A stretch of 52,899 nucleotides of DNA, taken from positions 87,209,294-87,262,192 of the forward strand of contig NC_068988.1 of the NCBI RefSeq assembly GCF_001194135.2, read 5' to 3'. The notes under the pieces are model-generated. The model searched no databases, was not told the origin of the DNA, and saw only the letters and a program-made list of their open reading frames with translations. Positions 1 through 12,044 of this stretch are shown in pieces. The translations under genes and the position numbers were made by a program. Every line of letters starts with the position of its first letter. The first letter of the stretch is position 1. This stretch comes from Octopus bimaculoides (taxonomy: Eukaryota).

Positions 1-386
1 AGAGGGTCTCAGTTAAATTTAGTGGCTTTTTAAATTTAGAAGGATCCCATTAATTCAAAAGGGGGCTCAATACTGTTAAAAAATCTAGTGGATTAAAGTA
101 AAAAAAACCAAATACAAATTATTTATTTGATTGCTGTAAAAATATCTTTTAATCTTTAACTCCAAACTTTAGACTTAAAGGAACCCCTTGCCCCTGTTCA
201 ATATTGACCTGTAATAAATCCCGCCCTGTCTCAGACAGGATGGTTGAAGAGGAAATGAGGGAAAGAGAGAGTGATGTATATTATTAATATCAACAGTGAA
301 TGATAGAAGAGGGAGTAACGAGAGAGGGATGGGGGTAATGGTAAGAGAAAGAGCAGTAGATTTTAGTGGAGTAATAGGGACAGAGT

Positions 387-764
387 GGAGGCGCAATGGC
401 CCAGTGGTTAGGGCAGCGGACTCGCGGTCATAGGATCGCGGTTTCGATTCCCAGACCGGGCGTTGTGAGTGTTTATTGAGCGAAAACACCTAAAGCTCCA
501 CGAGGCTCCAGCAGAGGATGGTGGCGAACCCTGCTGTACTCTTTCACCACAACTTTCTCTCACTCTTACTTCCTGTTTCTGTTGTGCTTGTAATTCAAAG
601 GGCCTGCCTTGTCACACTGTGTCACGCTGAATATCCCCGAGAACTACGTTAAGGGTACACGTGTCTGTGGAGTGCTCAGCCACTTGCATGTTAATTTCAC
701 GAGCAGGCTGTTCCGTTGATCGGATCAACTGGAACCCTCGACGTTGTAAGCGACGGAGTGCCGC
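387..764 (+). mobile_element. tRNA-derived SINE, family A, full length
   Basis: Head TGGCCCAGTGG...TTTCGATTCCC and about 380-bp body repeated 7 times in the window. Target-site duplication aata(g/a)ggacagagt at 373-386/765-778. Confidence 0.88.
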
Positions 765-1599
765 AATAAGGACAGAGTAATGGGAGAAAATGAATAAGAG
801 TGGTGGCAAGCAATAAAAAAAAAAGGGGTTGATCAGTAGTGGTGAGAGTGGTTGAATATGGATAGCGCTGAAGCCATCTCTTATTAACACAGGTGGCATG
901 ATGGGTGAAGAGAAGCTGAGAGATAAAGGATAATGTGAGCAGTATGGCATTGAATATGGACAAAAGCAGCATCATCTTTTAAACAAGCAGAATGGTACAG
1001 TAAATATGAGAAAGGGTGTGTAATAGATGTGAAGGTTAACAAAAGAAGGGATGGGACAGAAAAGATGTGTCTAACCCTTTGATTACATGATTAAATTTCA
1101 TGGTCCAACAACTTAATTATCATAGTTTCTTATTCCTTCTGTCTATACCCCACTCAGTTGAGGGGTCATATCTTGTGGGTATTTGGCGACCCCTCTTGTG
1201 ATGGTGTAAGAAGCATCCAATCCACTCTGTAAAGTGGTTGGTCTTAGGAAGAGCATCCAGTTGTAGAAACCTGGCGGAGCCCTCTGGTTTGTCTGTTCTT
1301 GTCAAACCATCTAACCTGTGCCAGCATGGAAAAAAAGGACATTAAATGATGATGATGGTGAAGGTTGTGGTGATGACGATCACAATGACAATGACATCGT
1401 CACTGAGAGTGTCTCTGCTTCTCACAACATAAGGAAAGGTTTTTTTTACATAGCCATTGGGCAAAATCACTTCCCAACGTTAACTGCTATAAAAGTTTGA
1501 GTGGAAATATCTACTTTCTGCATTGAGAGAGCATGACAGACAAAAGCCCCACTTATAGGTATTACACATCCAAAATCTCCACTGCTTGGTGGGTTGATT

Positions 1600-2175
1600 T
1601 CTTATAGCACACTATGTTGCCACCCACCACAGTCCTTTCTTATCCCTTTGTGATGTTCAGCATCTTCAGCTTGTTGATCGGTTTTCACCTCTTCATCCTA
1701 GGTCTTTCCTTCTCTTCTCTCTCTCTTCTATTTGTTCATTCTACTTCAAGTGTTCAGTACTTCTTCATACAACCAGCATCCTCCTTACATGTCTATCAGT
1801 GTGGTCCTCTCTCTTGCATCCTACATTCAATTCCTCTTACAGCCAGCTTTTCTATTAGCTCACTTGTGCTCTGTTCTTAACGCATGCTAACATTACACAC
1901 CCAGCAGAGTATACCCACTTCGTTTCATTTTAGTCTTTGCAAATCCTCTGTCTTCAAAGCCCATGTAGTATTACCCTTACAGTTTATACACAAGCATCAT
2001 AGAATCTACCTTTCACTCTGATAGAGAAATCCTTTGTTGCCAGCTGAAATACCTACCCCACTCATCATTTTTGTACCCCATTCTTACTCTAGCTACTGTG
2101 CTTTCGGAACACCCTCCTCTACTGCTAATTAGATCACCTAGCTAACAAAAACCCTCAACTACTATTTTGGAGCCT
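1600..2175 (-). pseudogene. Decayed RTE-clade LINE, C-terminal reverse transcriptase region
   Basis: Minus-strand hand translation with stops and frameshifts gives FC*LGDLISSRGGCSESTVARVRMG, FSIRVKGRFYDACV, WALKTEDLQRL and WVCNVS, typical of RTE ORF2 past the RT core. Confidence 0.75.
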
Positions 2176-2435
2176 TCCATGTATTTGAAAGTATCTATTT
2201 CATGTGTACTCTTACTGCTGGCTGCTCCTATGCATTTGCCACGTACAAAATCTACCTTTCCCCTTAACCTGTTTACCTTTGATCCCACTATACCTCTTGG
2301 GCATACATGGTACACACTAATTTCTACATATACATGTTTGTTTGTTTGTTTGTATGTATGTATGTATGTATGTATGTATGTATGGTGTGTATATGTGTGT
2401 GTATGTATGTATGCATGTATGTATGTAGCTCTCTG

Positions 2436-2502
<67 letters not shown>

Positions 2503-2973
2503 ATCTGTCTGTCTGTCTGTCTGTCTATTTGTGTGTGTGTGTGTGTTATTAATTTACTAACCTTTTTGTTACCATATTTCTGCTGAAAACCACTTCCTTT
2601 GTTTCAACTAATTTTGAAGAAAATAGAGAATTTATATTCTTCCAGCATGCAAGTCAATGTAGCATATAGCATACGCATGTAGTGTAACCATTCAAACATT
2701 ATCCTTATCTTTCCAAACCCTGCTGCATTTCACATGGAATTTTTGGTCCTCCAAAGTCATCTTGGTGGATATGAGGGAGTTCTGAAAAGTTCCTAGCTGT
2801 AAGGGTTTCATGAAAGGTCTGGTTGAAGGCCCAACTTTCCTAGTTCTTTTACAGGGCTTAAAAAACCTGAAAGATTGCTGCAATAAGTGTGTGAATATGT
2901 TGCATAAAATCATAATTAACTGACCCTCGTGCATTTTCTTTTATCCAAAGTCAGGAACATTTCAGCAACCTCT

Positions 2974-3015
<42 letters not shown>

Positions 3016-3851
3016 NNNNNNNNNNNNNNNNNNNNNNNNNNNNNNNNNNNNNNNNNNNNNNNNNNNNNNNNNNNNNNNNNNNNNNNNNNNNNNNNNNNNN
3101 NNNNNNNNNNNNNNNNNNNNNNNNNNNNNNNNNNNNNNNNNNNNNNNNNNNNNNNNNNNNNNNNNNNNNNNNNNNNNNNNNNNNNNNNNNNNNNNNNNNN
3201 NNNNNNNNNNNNNNNNNNNNNNNNNNNNNNNNNNNNNNNNNNNNNNNNNNNNNNNNNNNNNNNNNNNNNNNNNNNNNNNNNNNNNNNNNNNNNNNNNNNN
3301 NNNNNNNNNNNNNNNNNNNNNNNNNNNNNNNNNNNNNNNNNNNNNNNNNNNNNNNNNNNNNNNNNNNNNNNNNNNNNNNNNNNNNNNNNNNNNNNNNNNN
3401 NNNNNNNNNNNNNNNNNNNNNNNNNNNNNNNNNNNNNNNNNNNNNNNNNNNNNNNNNNNNNNNNNNNNNNNNNNNNNNNNNNNNNNNNNNNNNNNNNNNN
3501 NNNNNTATATATATATATATATACATACATGGCACGTGTAAAGACATTCGAGTGAGATCGTTGCCAGTGCTGCTGGACTGGCTCCTGTACAGGTGGCACA
3601 TAAAATACACCATTTTGAGCGTGGCCGTTGCCAGTACTGCCTGACTAGCCTTCACGCCGGTGGCACGTAAAAGCACCCACTACACTCTCGGAGTGGTTGG
3701 TGTTAGGAAGGGCATCCAGCTGTAGAAACTCCACCAAATCAGATTGGAGCCTGGTGTAGCCATCTGGTTCACCAGTCCTCAGTCAAATCGTCCAACCCAT
3801 GCTAACATGGAAAGCGGACGTTAAACGATGATGATGATGATGATGATGACA

Positions 3852-4070
3852 TGAGGAGGTGCTGAAAAGTTTCTGGCTTTTAGGGTATCATGAAAGGCTT
3901 GGTTGGAGGCCCAACCTTCTGAGTTCTTTTACAGGGCTTAGAAAAACTGAAGGACTGCTGCAATAAATGTGTGAATCTAAGAGGGGAATATGTTGAATAA
4001 AATCATAACTAAATCGTCCTCCTGCATTTCCTTTTACCCACAGCCTGTAACTTTTCAGTGTCCCCTTGTA
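3852..4070 (+). mobile_element. Mariner-derived MITE of about 220 bp
   Basis: Terminal inverted repeats of the type gaggggtgctgaaaagttc; keeps the transposase end KCVNLRGEYVE* (3965-4000). Sister copies at 2772-2975 and 29064-29280. Confidence 0.8.
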
Positions 4071-4309
4071 ACTTGTCCTGGCTTTTTTGGCTGTAAATTT
4101 TGGTCTGAAAAAATTTGAATTTCATGCTGAAAAATATAGTATTTTCGTCTTTATTCAACTAGTGTTTGGAATATAAATTAACAAAAAATTTTGGTGAAGT
4201 TTTGAAGTTAGATCACTTGAAAACAGGGATTTCATATCATAGAACCAGGGGCAGTTTCGGTGTTTCTGCCAAACATTTTACACTGTCTTCTTTTTCTCTC
4301 TTCTTTCAG

Positions 4310-4401
4310 ACGTACCAGCCAGCTGTCACTGTCCACTATGGTTGAACTGACCAAAGGTCAAGATGGTGAACTGGCTGTTGGACGTGAGATTGTCTCTCCT
4401 G
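4310..4401 (+). CDS. MAP3K1: MAP3K1/MEKK1 internal coding exon A (TOG/HEAT region); gene is 5'-partial in this window
   Basis: Acceptor ttctttcAG (4308-4309), donor GTaaga (4402). Reads [30 protein letters not shown], close to human MAP3K1 [28 protein letters not shown] as I recall it. Ends in phase 1, matching exon B. Confidence 0.93.
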
Positions 4402-4543
4402 GTAAGAAATATAACAACTTGATTCTGAAAATAGCTTTCAGTCATTGATTTTATGTGTGTGTGTATGCATGTGTGGGTATGTTTTATTTGGGAAGTAGTG
4501 GTGGGATATTTGTTATCAACCATTATCAATATATATATATGTG

Positions 4544-4740
4544 TGTATAAGGGATGACCACTAGGTGGACATCCAATATGCTAGAAAGAGGTCATCAATG
4601 ACCCAACCACAAAGAAAAATAATGTTCTGAAAAATTTCACAAAACATTTTTCTGGAGAACATTATTTTTCTTTGTGGTTGGATCGTTAATGACCTCTTTC
4701 TAGCATATTGGACGTCCACCTAGTGGTCATCTCTTATACA
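4544..4740. repeat. Fold-back inverted repeat with 85-bp arms
   Basis: 4544-4628 vs reverse complement of 4656-4740: 80/85 identical. Confidence 0.9.
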
Positions 4741-4751
4741 TGTGTAATACA

Positions 4752-4830
4752 ATTTTTTCTGAATTTTCAGATTTTTTTATATGCTAGGCCACTTGGTTTT
4801 GAATTGAATTAATATTCAATTTATCACCCT
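4752..4830 (+). repeat. Small unclassified dispersed repeat of about 85 bp
   Basis: ttctgaat...gatttttt...attaattaatat...ttaccctat also seen at about 6515-6606 (-) and 46039-46125 (+). Confidence 0.55.
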
Positions 4831-5093
4831 ATATATATAAATATATATAAAGCAATGATTCTAGAAAGGAATTTATAAATATAAATATTTGATACATCAC
4901 TACGTACATTTCCATAAATTACCTAATTTTGACATTAGAGTCGGTATCCTTGAGATTAGTTTAGTCCGGATTATCCCTGAAGGGATAAACATCCCTCTGT
5001 GATTCATCCAATAATGCAGTTTTGCCTGATGAAATGAATCAATGATGACAATCAACTGGATGCCAGTGGATAATACAGACTATACTGTATTAA

Positions 5094-5394
5094 CCCATTA
5101 CTTCCCATAATTCTATTAACTGGAATTTTTTAATGAAACTTTGATTTCTAGCATAAAACAGCCTTTGAAACACTGGAATGATCAAAATAACATTTCAAAA
5201 TAACATTTCAAAATAACATTTTAAATAGAAATAAGCGAGATATTTGGTGAAAAATTAGCAAACCTCATTTGAATATCAGAGAAATATACCTAGTAGATAT
5301 AGCAAAAAGGTTAGATATGTGTAAATATTGACAGATAATTACGAAATTTGTAATTTTTAAGTGATCTCATATGAGATCACTGGTAGGTAATGGG
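5094..5394. mobile_element. piggyBac-type MITE
   Basis: TTAA at 5090-5093 and 5395-5398; ends CCCATTAC...GTAATGGG (10/12 TIR match). Confidence 0.7.
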
Positions 5395-5667
5395 TTAATC
5401 CCAAGGATACCAACTTTGATGCTAAAACCATGTGATTTGTGGAAACGTGTGTAGCAATGTATTAAATATTTATAAATTCCATCCTAGAATTATTGTTATT
5501 TTTATATCTATCCTACCTTATATCGGTATAACCATGATACAACCCTGAAAAACTGACTCACTAATCAGTATCATTAGATGGTAGCTGGCATAATGAAATA
5601 GGAGCTTTATTTGCATACCACTAACGTTACCATAAACAAACTTAAAAGATATATATATATATATATA

Positions 5668-5996
5668 GGCGCAGGAGTGGCTGTGTGGTAAATAGCTTGC
5701 TTACCAACCACATGGTTCCCGGTTCAGTCCCACTGCATGGCACCTTGGGCAAGTGTCTTTTTTTATAGCCTTGGGCTGACCAAAGCCTTGTGAGTGGGTT
5801 TGTTTGACAGAAACTGAAAGAAGCCTGTCGAATATGTGTTGGTGTGTTCATGTCCCCTGTAACTTAGTGGTTCAGCAAAAGTGACCGATAGAATAAGTAC
5901 TAGGCTTCCAAAGAATAAGTCCTGGCGTCGATTTGCTTGACTAAAGGCGGTGCTCCAGCATGGCCACAGTCAAAAGACTGAAACAAGTAAAAGAGT
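5668..5996 (+). mobile_element. tRNA-derived SINE, family B (CORE-like ccttgggcaagt motif)
   Basis: Head gcaggagtggctgtgtggtaa...ggttcagtccc and tail gactgaaacaagtaaaagagt. Partial + copies near 6105-6265, 12430-12590, 28900-29056, 29290-29515, 34225-34333, 36238-36380 and 36610-36800. Confidence 0.82.
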
Positions 5997-6658
5997 ATAT
6001 ATATATATATCTATATATATTATTAATATCTGATATAGTTAACCAAGTTCGTTTAACACTGGGTGCTTGGATTTACTAATCCCTTTTACCTTCTGTTATA
6101 TGTACGTATGTTATATGAAAGAAGCTTGCTTCTCAACCTCATGGCTCTGGGTTCAGCCCCAGTGTGTGGCACCTTGGGCAAGTGTCTTCTACTATGGCCT
6201 CAAGCCAAAGCCATCCAAAGCTTTGTGAGTGGATTTGGTAGATGGAAACTGAAAGAAGCCTGTCGTATATATATGTGTGTGTGTGTGTGCGTGTCTTTGT
6301 GTCTGTGGAGGAATGGTTTTCGTCTTGATTCTTTCATGTTATCATCTTGAGAAATTGTGAAGATTTTAAGATAATTTTCTCAACATGAAACCATTGGTTT
6401 GCCTTAATACACAAATAAAGAAAAATCTATCCACCAATGTGGTGTTGAGCACTCATTCTTGTTGCTTGACATTTACATATATATTGTGTGTGTGATATAT
6501 ATATATATAAATTAAACAATAGGGTAAAAAATTGGATATTAATTAATATCAATTTAATACCAGGGAACCAGCACATTAAAAAAATCATGGAGATTCAGAA
6601 AAAATATCTCAGATCTCAAAGGATTATTGTATATGTATATATAAAAGTATATATATAA

Positions 6659-6706
6659 TTCTGAAGAGAACTGAACTCTTCACCTTTACCTCAGCCACAT
6701 ACTCCT
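6659..6706 (+). repeat. Intronic copy of an exon B coding fragment
   Basis: 6667-6706 is identical to 7794-7833 (40 nt); the match extends to 7788 with a 2-nt insertion. Confidence 0.9.
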
Positions 6707-6731
6707 GAGTGGCCTCCTTTATATAGATTGT

Positions 6732-6815
<84 letters not shown>

Positions 6816-7028
6816 TAAACAATTATTGTCATGAAAAGTCATATATATATATTTATACACACACACACACACGCACACAGAGTTATAGATAGATAGATAA
6901 ATAGATATAAAGAGAAAAACAGCAGAGAGATAGATAGATGTAAGCAAGTGTTGTCCTTATTATTGTTGTTGTTATTATTATTTTCATCATCATCATCATC
7001 ATCATCATTGTTATTATTATTATTATTA

Positions 7029-7075
<47 letters not shown>

Positions 7076-7251
7076 GTTATTATTATTATTATTATTATTG
7101 TTATTATTATTATTATTTTATTCCATTATGTAACCCCACACTTCACATCTGTCTTTGTATTGTCCCCTTCATCCTTTGCCCTGGGAGCGAATAAAAGAAA
7201 TGTTCATCATCATCATCATCATTATTATTATCATGATTATTATTATTATTA

Positions 7252-7315
<64 letters not shown>

Positions 7316-7349
7316 CATCATCATCATCATCATCATCATCATAAGATTG

Positions 7350-7560
7350 TGAGCTGGCAAAACTGATGGCACGCCAGGCAGAATGCTTAGCAGCATTTCG
7401 TATATCTTCACATTCTGAGTTCAAATTCCACCGAGGTCGACTTTGCCTTTCATCCTTTTGGGGTTGATAACTTAAGTTCCAGTCAAGTACTAGGATCAAT
7501 GTAATTGACTATCTCCCCCTCCCCACAAATTCCAGGCCTTGTGCCTATAGCAGAAAGGAT
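7350..7560 (+). mobile_element. SINE family E (gaggtcgactttgcctttcatcc domain)
   Basis: Related copies at about 13655-13808 (-), 25745-25830 (+), 28655-28815 (+), 49680-49880 (-) and 52195-52380 (-), usually next to (ATT)n or (AAT)n. Confidence 0.75.
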
Positions 7561-7618
7561 TATTATTATTATTATTATTATTATCATTATAACACAAGTT
7601 TGAACAATTGTTTTTCAG

Positions 7619-7885
7619 GCTCTGGTGGTCTTGGAGGATTGGCTTACATTCTGAAACTCGTGCTCCAGGAATATCAAGTGAAAACTGTGAGATGGCAGTG
7701 GTTGTTGGGGCGGCTGTATGTCTTGGACAGATTACTAGAGGAGTTCCCTGGGGAGTTTATCCGTGGCCCAGAACCAGACCCAGATGCTTCTGAAGAACTG
7801 AACTCTTCACCTTTACCTCAGCCACATACTCCTAAGACTTCTTCTTCTTCTTCTTCTGCTGCCACTACAACTACTACTACTACTT

Positions 7886-7920
<35 letters not shown>

Positions 7921-9160
7921 TCTTCTTCTTCTTCATCTCCTCCTCCTACATCCTCTTCTTCGTGTCCTCCTTCTTCTTCTTCCTCCTCACAAAACGAATT
8001 CTGTCGTATTGTCATTGTTGCCAGGTTTGCAACATATGCCGTTGGTAATGCACATTCCAGAATAGCAAAAATTGCACGTCGTATCTTCTTCATTTGTGTG
8101 AAATTCAGCGCAGGGCAGGATGAGATCGTGATACAGCTGGACAATTTACTCGTCACTGCCGTGGACCCTAAGCTGATGCGACCAATGCGCAAAAAGCTGT
8201 CGCACATGGTCGACAAAATCAAACAAACCGAGGAGACTGCTAATAAGGTGTGGCATGATTCTGAGAGCAGTCAAGGCACCAGCTGTATCGGTACATCAGC
8301 CACAGCATCACCCAATGAAACCCCACTCTCTACACCCCCAGACTCTCCGTTCCCTCTCCCTACAACACTAGACAGTGCAGCTAATCACCCTCTATCCATG
8401 ACACACTCCTACATATCTAAGGACAATCACCAAGACCCACCTCAACACAGCTTTCAAAATGACCTCCAAAATAATCAACATAGCTCTTGTATGGATATTG
8501 TCAATAACACTGGACATGAACTTCGACATGGCCTCTTGAACGATGACCTCCAGAATGAGCTTCAACACAGCTCCCAAAACGACCTTCAATATGACCCCCA
8601 CTTAGGTCCCCAACATCCCCACTGCAGTGTTAATGCTAGCTGTGCAAAGCTGAAGAATGTTTCTGTGAAGTGCTCTGTAACCCTGGCAACCAGTGACCAT
8701 TCCGGTGAATGCAAGGTCGAAGAGATTTCCAGCATTACAGCCTGCAACAACAATCATAACAACACCAACACCATCAGCACTAACAGCAGTTGCAACAACA
8801 ACAACAGCAGCAGCAGCAGCAACAGTAACAAACAGTTTGTCCACAACATCGTGTGCACCACCAAAGTGAACAACTGCACGGACAGCTCTGGAGACCGATC
8901 TCAGTTTATGGTGACCATGCCGTCAACATCAACACCGTCCTCATCCATGCAGCACCACCTTGATGACAGCAACAACAGCAGTGTCTGCCATTGCTCCTCT
9001 ACTCCACTTGCCTGCAGCTCCAGTCACTCGTCGTCCAACATACTCACTGAAGATCTCTCTGATATCACTGTTTCTCCAACAGGCAGCAACGGACCATCTG
9101 TCTCTTTCAAAACAGAGATAGCAACACCGAAAGGTTCACCCTGCGGAACCGAGGACCAAA
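7619..9160 (+). CDS. MAP3K1: MAP3K1 exon B (1542 nt): end of TOG/HEAT region plus long low-complexity linker
   Basis: Acceptor tttttcAG (7617-7618), donor GTaagt (9161). WLLGRLYVLDRLLEEFPGEF, NAHSRIAKIARRIF and VSFKTEIA resemble human [34 protein letters not shown] and VTFKSEVA. Phase 1 at both ends. Confidence 0.93.
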
Positions 9161-9684
9161 GTAAGTGTTTCTTTCAGCATTGACACATCCAGTTTCTCCA
9201 TTCTGTCACCCCGGTCCTCTTGTTCTTCATAGAATCCCTTATTCTTCTTCCATACAGAATCTTTTTGTCTCCCTGATTCTGTAAACTTGTTCCTATAACA
9301 TCTCATTCTCATCCATATTCAAAACTCCTTTCTCATCTACATCGAAGACTCCTTACTCTATTCAATTATTCCTTTTACAAACAGATCTTTCTTAGCCTTT
9401 TCCAAAACTACCTCCAATAACCAATTCTTGCTCAGCTGCTTTGAATACATCTTTCTCAGGCAGTACCAACAGTCCTGTTTTCATTCAGTTTCAATACTCG
9501 TTTTTAAGTCAGTTCTGATGCTCATTTCTCAGCCAAATCTACTATTCCTTTCTTGGCGAGTTCCAATATTTCTTTCCCAGCAAATGACAATACTCCTGTC
9601 TGAACCAGTTCCAGTACATCTTTCCAAGCCATTTCCCAAATTCCTTTATCAGCCAAATATATACTATTTGTCATTGCCTACTCA

Positions 9685-10135
9685 CAAGTGACTGAGACGT
9701 TTGGTGAGATGCCATGCTTGAGAAGACCCGTGAAGCCAAATGGAATCATAATCATAGCTGATACTGGTGTCATATAACTGGTACCTGTGCCAGTGTCATA
9801 GAAAAACACCTTTCGGACATTGAGCCTCACAGAAGCAATGATAAATGATCAAGGCCTTTGGCGATATGCCATACTTGAGAAGACCTGTCAAGCCAGGTGA
9901 AACCGTAGTCGTGGCAGATGCCAGTGTCATGTAACTGGCACCCATGCCAGTGGCATGTAAAAAGCACCCATTGCACTCTTGGAATGGTTGGCATTGGGAA
10001 GGGCATCCAGCCGTAGAAACCATGCGAAATCAGACTGGAACCTGGTGTAGCCTCCAGCTTACCATTTTCAATTAAACCGTCTAACCCATGCCAGCATGGA
10101 AAGCAGATGCTAACTGATGATGCTGATGATGATGA
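9685..10135 (+). mobile_element. 5'-truncated RTE-like LINE 3' end (family C) with (GAT)n tail
   Basis: ORF end GLTEAMINDQGLWRYAILEKTCQAR* and UTR motif ggaagggcatccagc. Related copies at about 1150-1365, 3530-3848, 21768-22198, 37300-37530, 45765-45990 and 46951-47467 (+), and 13435-13580, 18738-18960, 21410-21570, 31384-31521 and 32866-32990 (-). Confidence 0.75.
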
Positions 10136-10585
10136 TTTTATATCTAATCTCATCAAGCAGTTCTACTACTCTTTCTCTACCCAGTCCTATACTTCTTTTA
10201 TCTCTGCTATTCCCAGTAGATCTTTCTCAGACTGAGCTAATATTGATGTCCAAACCCAATCAATATTCCTTTCTCGACCAGATCCAATACTCCTTTTCCA
10301 TCTTTTCCAACAGCTCTTTTTCAATCAGATATGATACTCTTTTCTCTGTCAAATTCAGTAATCCTTTCCCACCCTGTTCTAATACTCCTTTTTCAGTAAG
10401 GTCCAACTCTAAAATTCATTTACCAATGTTCTATTAGTCATCTATCAGTCCTTTCCAATACTTCATTCCCTGGCAATTCTTAAACATCTTGCTCAATCAA
10501 CTCCAGTACACCATTATTAACAAATTCCAGTGCTCTTTCCTCAGCCAGTTCTTATATTCTTTCATCAACCAATTTCAATACATTG

Positions 10586-10777
10586 TTTTTAATCAGAGCT
10601 TGTACTTTGTTCTCAGTTAGATCTAATACTCACCTCTCTTAAACAAATTCACCTGTATTCATTGTTTTTACCCCATACATATATCCAAAATAATAACAGC
10701 ATCTTTGTGTCCAAAAATCACAAAGAAGAGCCGCATGCCCTCATGCAGCTATGTAAACTGATCTTTGATACCGCAGG
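10586..10777 (+). repeat. 192-bp direct repeat, copy 1 (intron B-C)
   Basis: 189/192 identical to 13204-13395. Confidence 0.92.
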
Positions 10778-11011
10778 GTTTTTCTTCCTACCAGCGCTTA
10801 GTTGTTTTAAAGTGAGATTCAGTCTGTGCAATCTGATCCCCCTCTTTAGATTTGGAGGTCTGACCACAGCATCTCAGCAAGCTAAAGCAGCCTGCAGTGA
10901 CCAACAAGTTGTAGGTTTTGACATTGGAGTGCATTTCTCCTTGGTGAATTGCCTTACAGAGCTGAAGAGTTCTACCTATCCTGGAGTTGCTGGAAAGGTG
11001 TCAAAGAGGTC

Positions 11012-11260
11012 ACTGTGGAGGTGCGTGGCTTAGAGATTAGAGTGTCAGATTCATGATCATAAGATTGTGGTTTCAATTCCTGGACCAGGTAATGCATTGT
11101 GTTCTTGAGCAAAGCACTTCATTTCACTTTGCTCCAGTCCACTCAGCTGACAAAAATGAGTAATCCTGTGATGGACTGGTGTCCCATCCTGGTGGGGAAT
11201 ACATATGCCACGAAACTAGGAAACCGTCCCTTATGAGTCGGTATAACTCAAGAAAGTAAC
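11012..11260 (+). mobile_element. tRNA-derived SINE, family D
   Basis: Head gtggcttag...ttcaattcc followed by gttcttgagcaaagcactt. Related copies at about 22677-22940, 26801-27090 and 38676-38940 (+), and 38000-38130, 38320-38420 and 44740-44870 (-). Confidence 0.72.
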
Positions 11261-11747
11261 TTTATTTACTTCTAAAGAGGCCATTGAATCACATGAGAGA
11301 CTCTGCTCCTTGATTTAAGGCTGGCCCCACTAGCCTTTTCTTTTCCTATTGGGTTTATACTTGGAGGTTCTTCCATAACATGCTAATTAACCCAAAGCTG
11401 GGACTCTGACAGGTGCTACTACTCCAGAGCATACTAGACCTGAAAACAATAGTGACTACAAGATGGTTCCACACTCCTTAAAACCCTAGACCCCTTGAAC
11501 CAGAGACCCACAACGGGATGCAGTTTAAAGTCGCACCCTGGACAATACCCAATATATCTTCCTCATAAACCCATACTCTTTCCACATTTACTGAATATTC
11601 TCCTTACACCTGAACCCAGTATTCCTTGCATGTGTATCATGTGCACCCTATACTCTCTTTGTCCTCCTCCACCCCCAATTCTTTAGTTTGCCATGATACA
11701 CTGATCCATCACCCATCTGACTATGTGTTCTACTATCTGCTACATAG

Positions 11748-11917
11748 GCAAGCCTGATTCCTACCAGTATTGCTGCAAAGAAGAGGTGGAGCGGGAGGAA
11801 GCAGTAGCTTTAGCCAAGGCTCTAGAGGCGTCGGCAAAACAAGAGCCTTGTCCTTTGGTGCCTGGATTGACTCCATCAGATCGGGAGGAAGTAATCACGG
11901 TTCGGATCCAACCAGAG
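11748..11917 (+). CDS. MAP3K1: MAP3K1 exon C, ubiquitin-interacting motif (UIM)
   Basis: Acceptor tacatAG (11746-11747), donor GTaaaa (11918). KEEVEREEAVALAKALEASAKQE resembles human [23 protein letters not shown]. Phase 1 in, phase 0 out. Confidence 0.92.
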
Positions 11918-12003
11918 GTAAAATACATAAATATTTTGTCTAATCAAAAAACAAATCCCATTTACTCTTTTACTCCTAAAAAATACTTCAGTTAGTTTTT
12001 TGA

Positions 12004-12044
<41 letters not shown>

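Noticed and set aside
387-460. SINE heads as true tRNA genes
   Set aside because: They have A/B boxes but no complete cloverleaf, and they run on into repeat bodies with TSDs.
175-975. Recurring short ORFs such as MFSLNKHSQRPVW and MSVECSATC
   Set aside because: They are chance translations of SINE family A and recur with each copy.
8350-8385. PTTLDS as a counterpart of the vertebrate MEKK1 caspase site (DTLD/G)
   Set aside because: It lacks the P4 Asp and lies in a low-complexity region that cannot be aligned reliably.
7600-9183. 527-aa ORF as a stand-alone gene
   Set aside because: It starts at TTG in intron sequence. Splice sites and phases show it is internal exon B (7619-9160) of MAP3K1.
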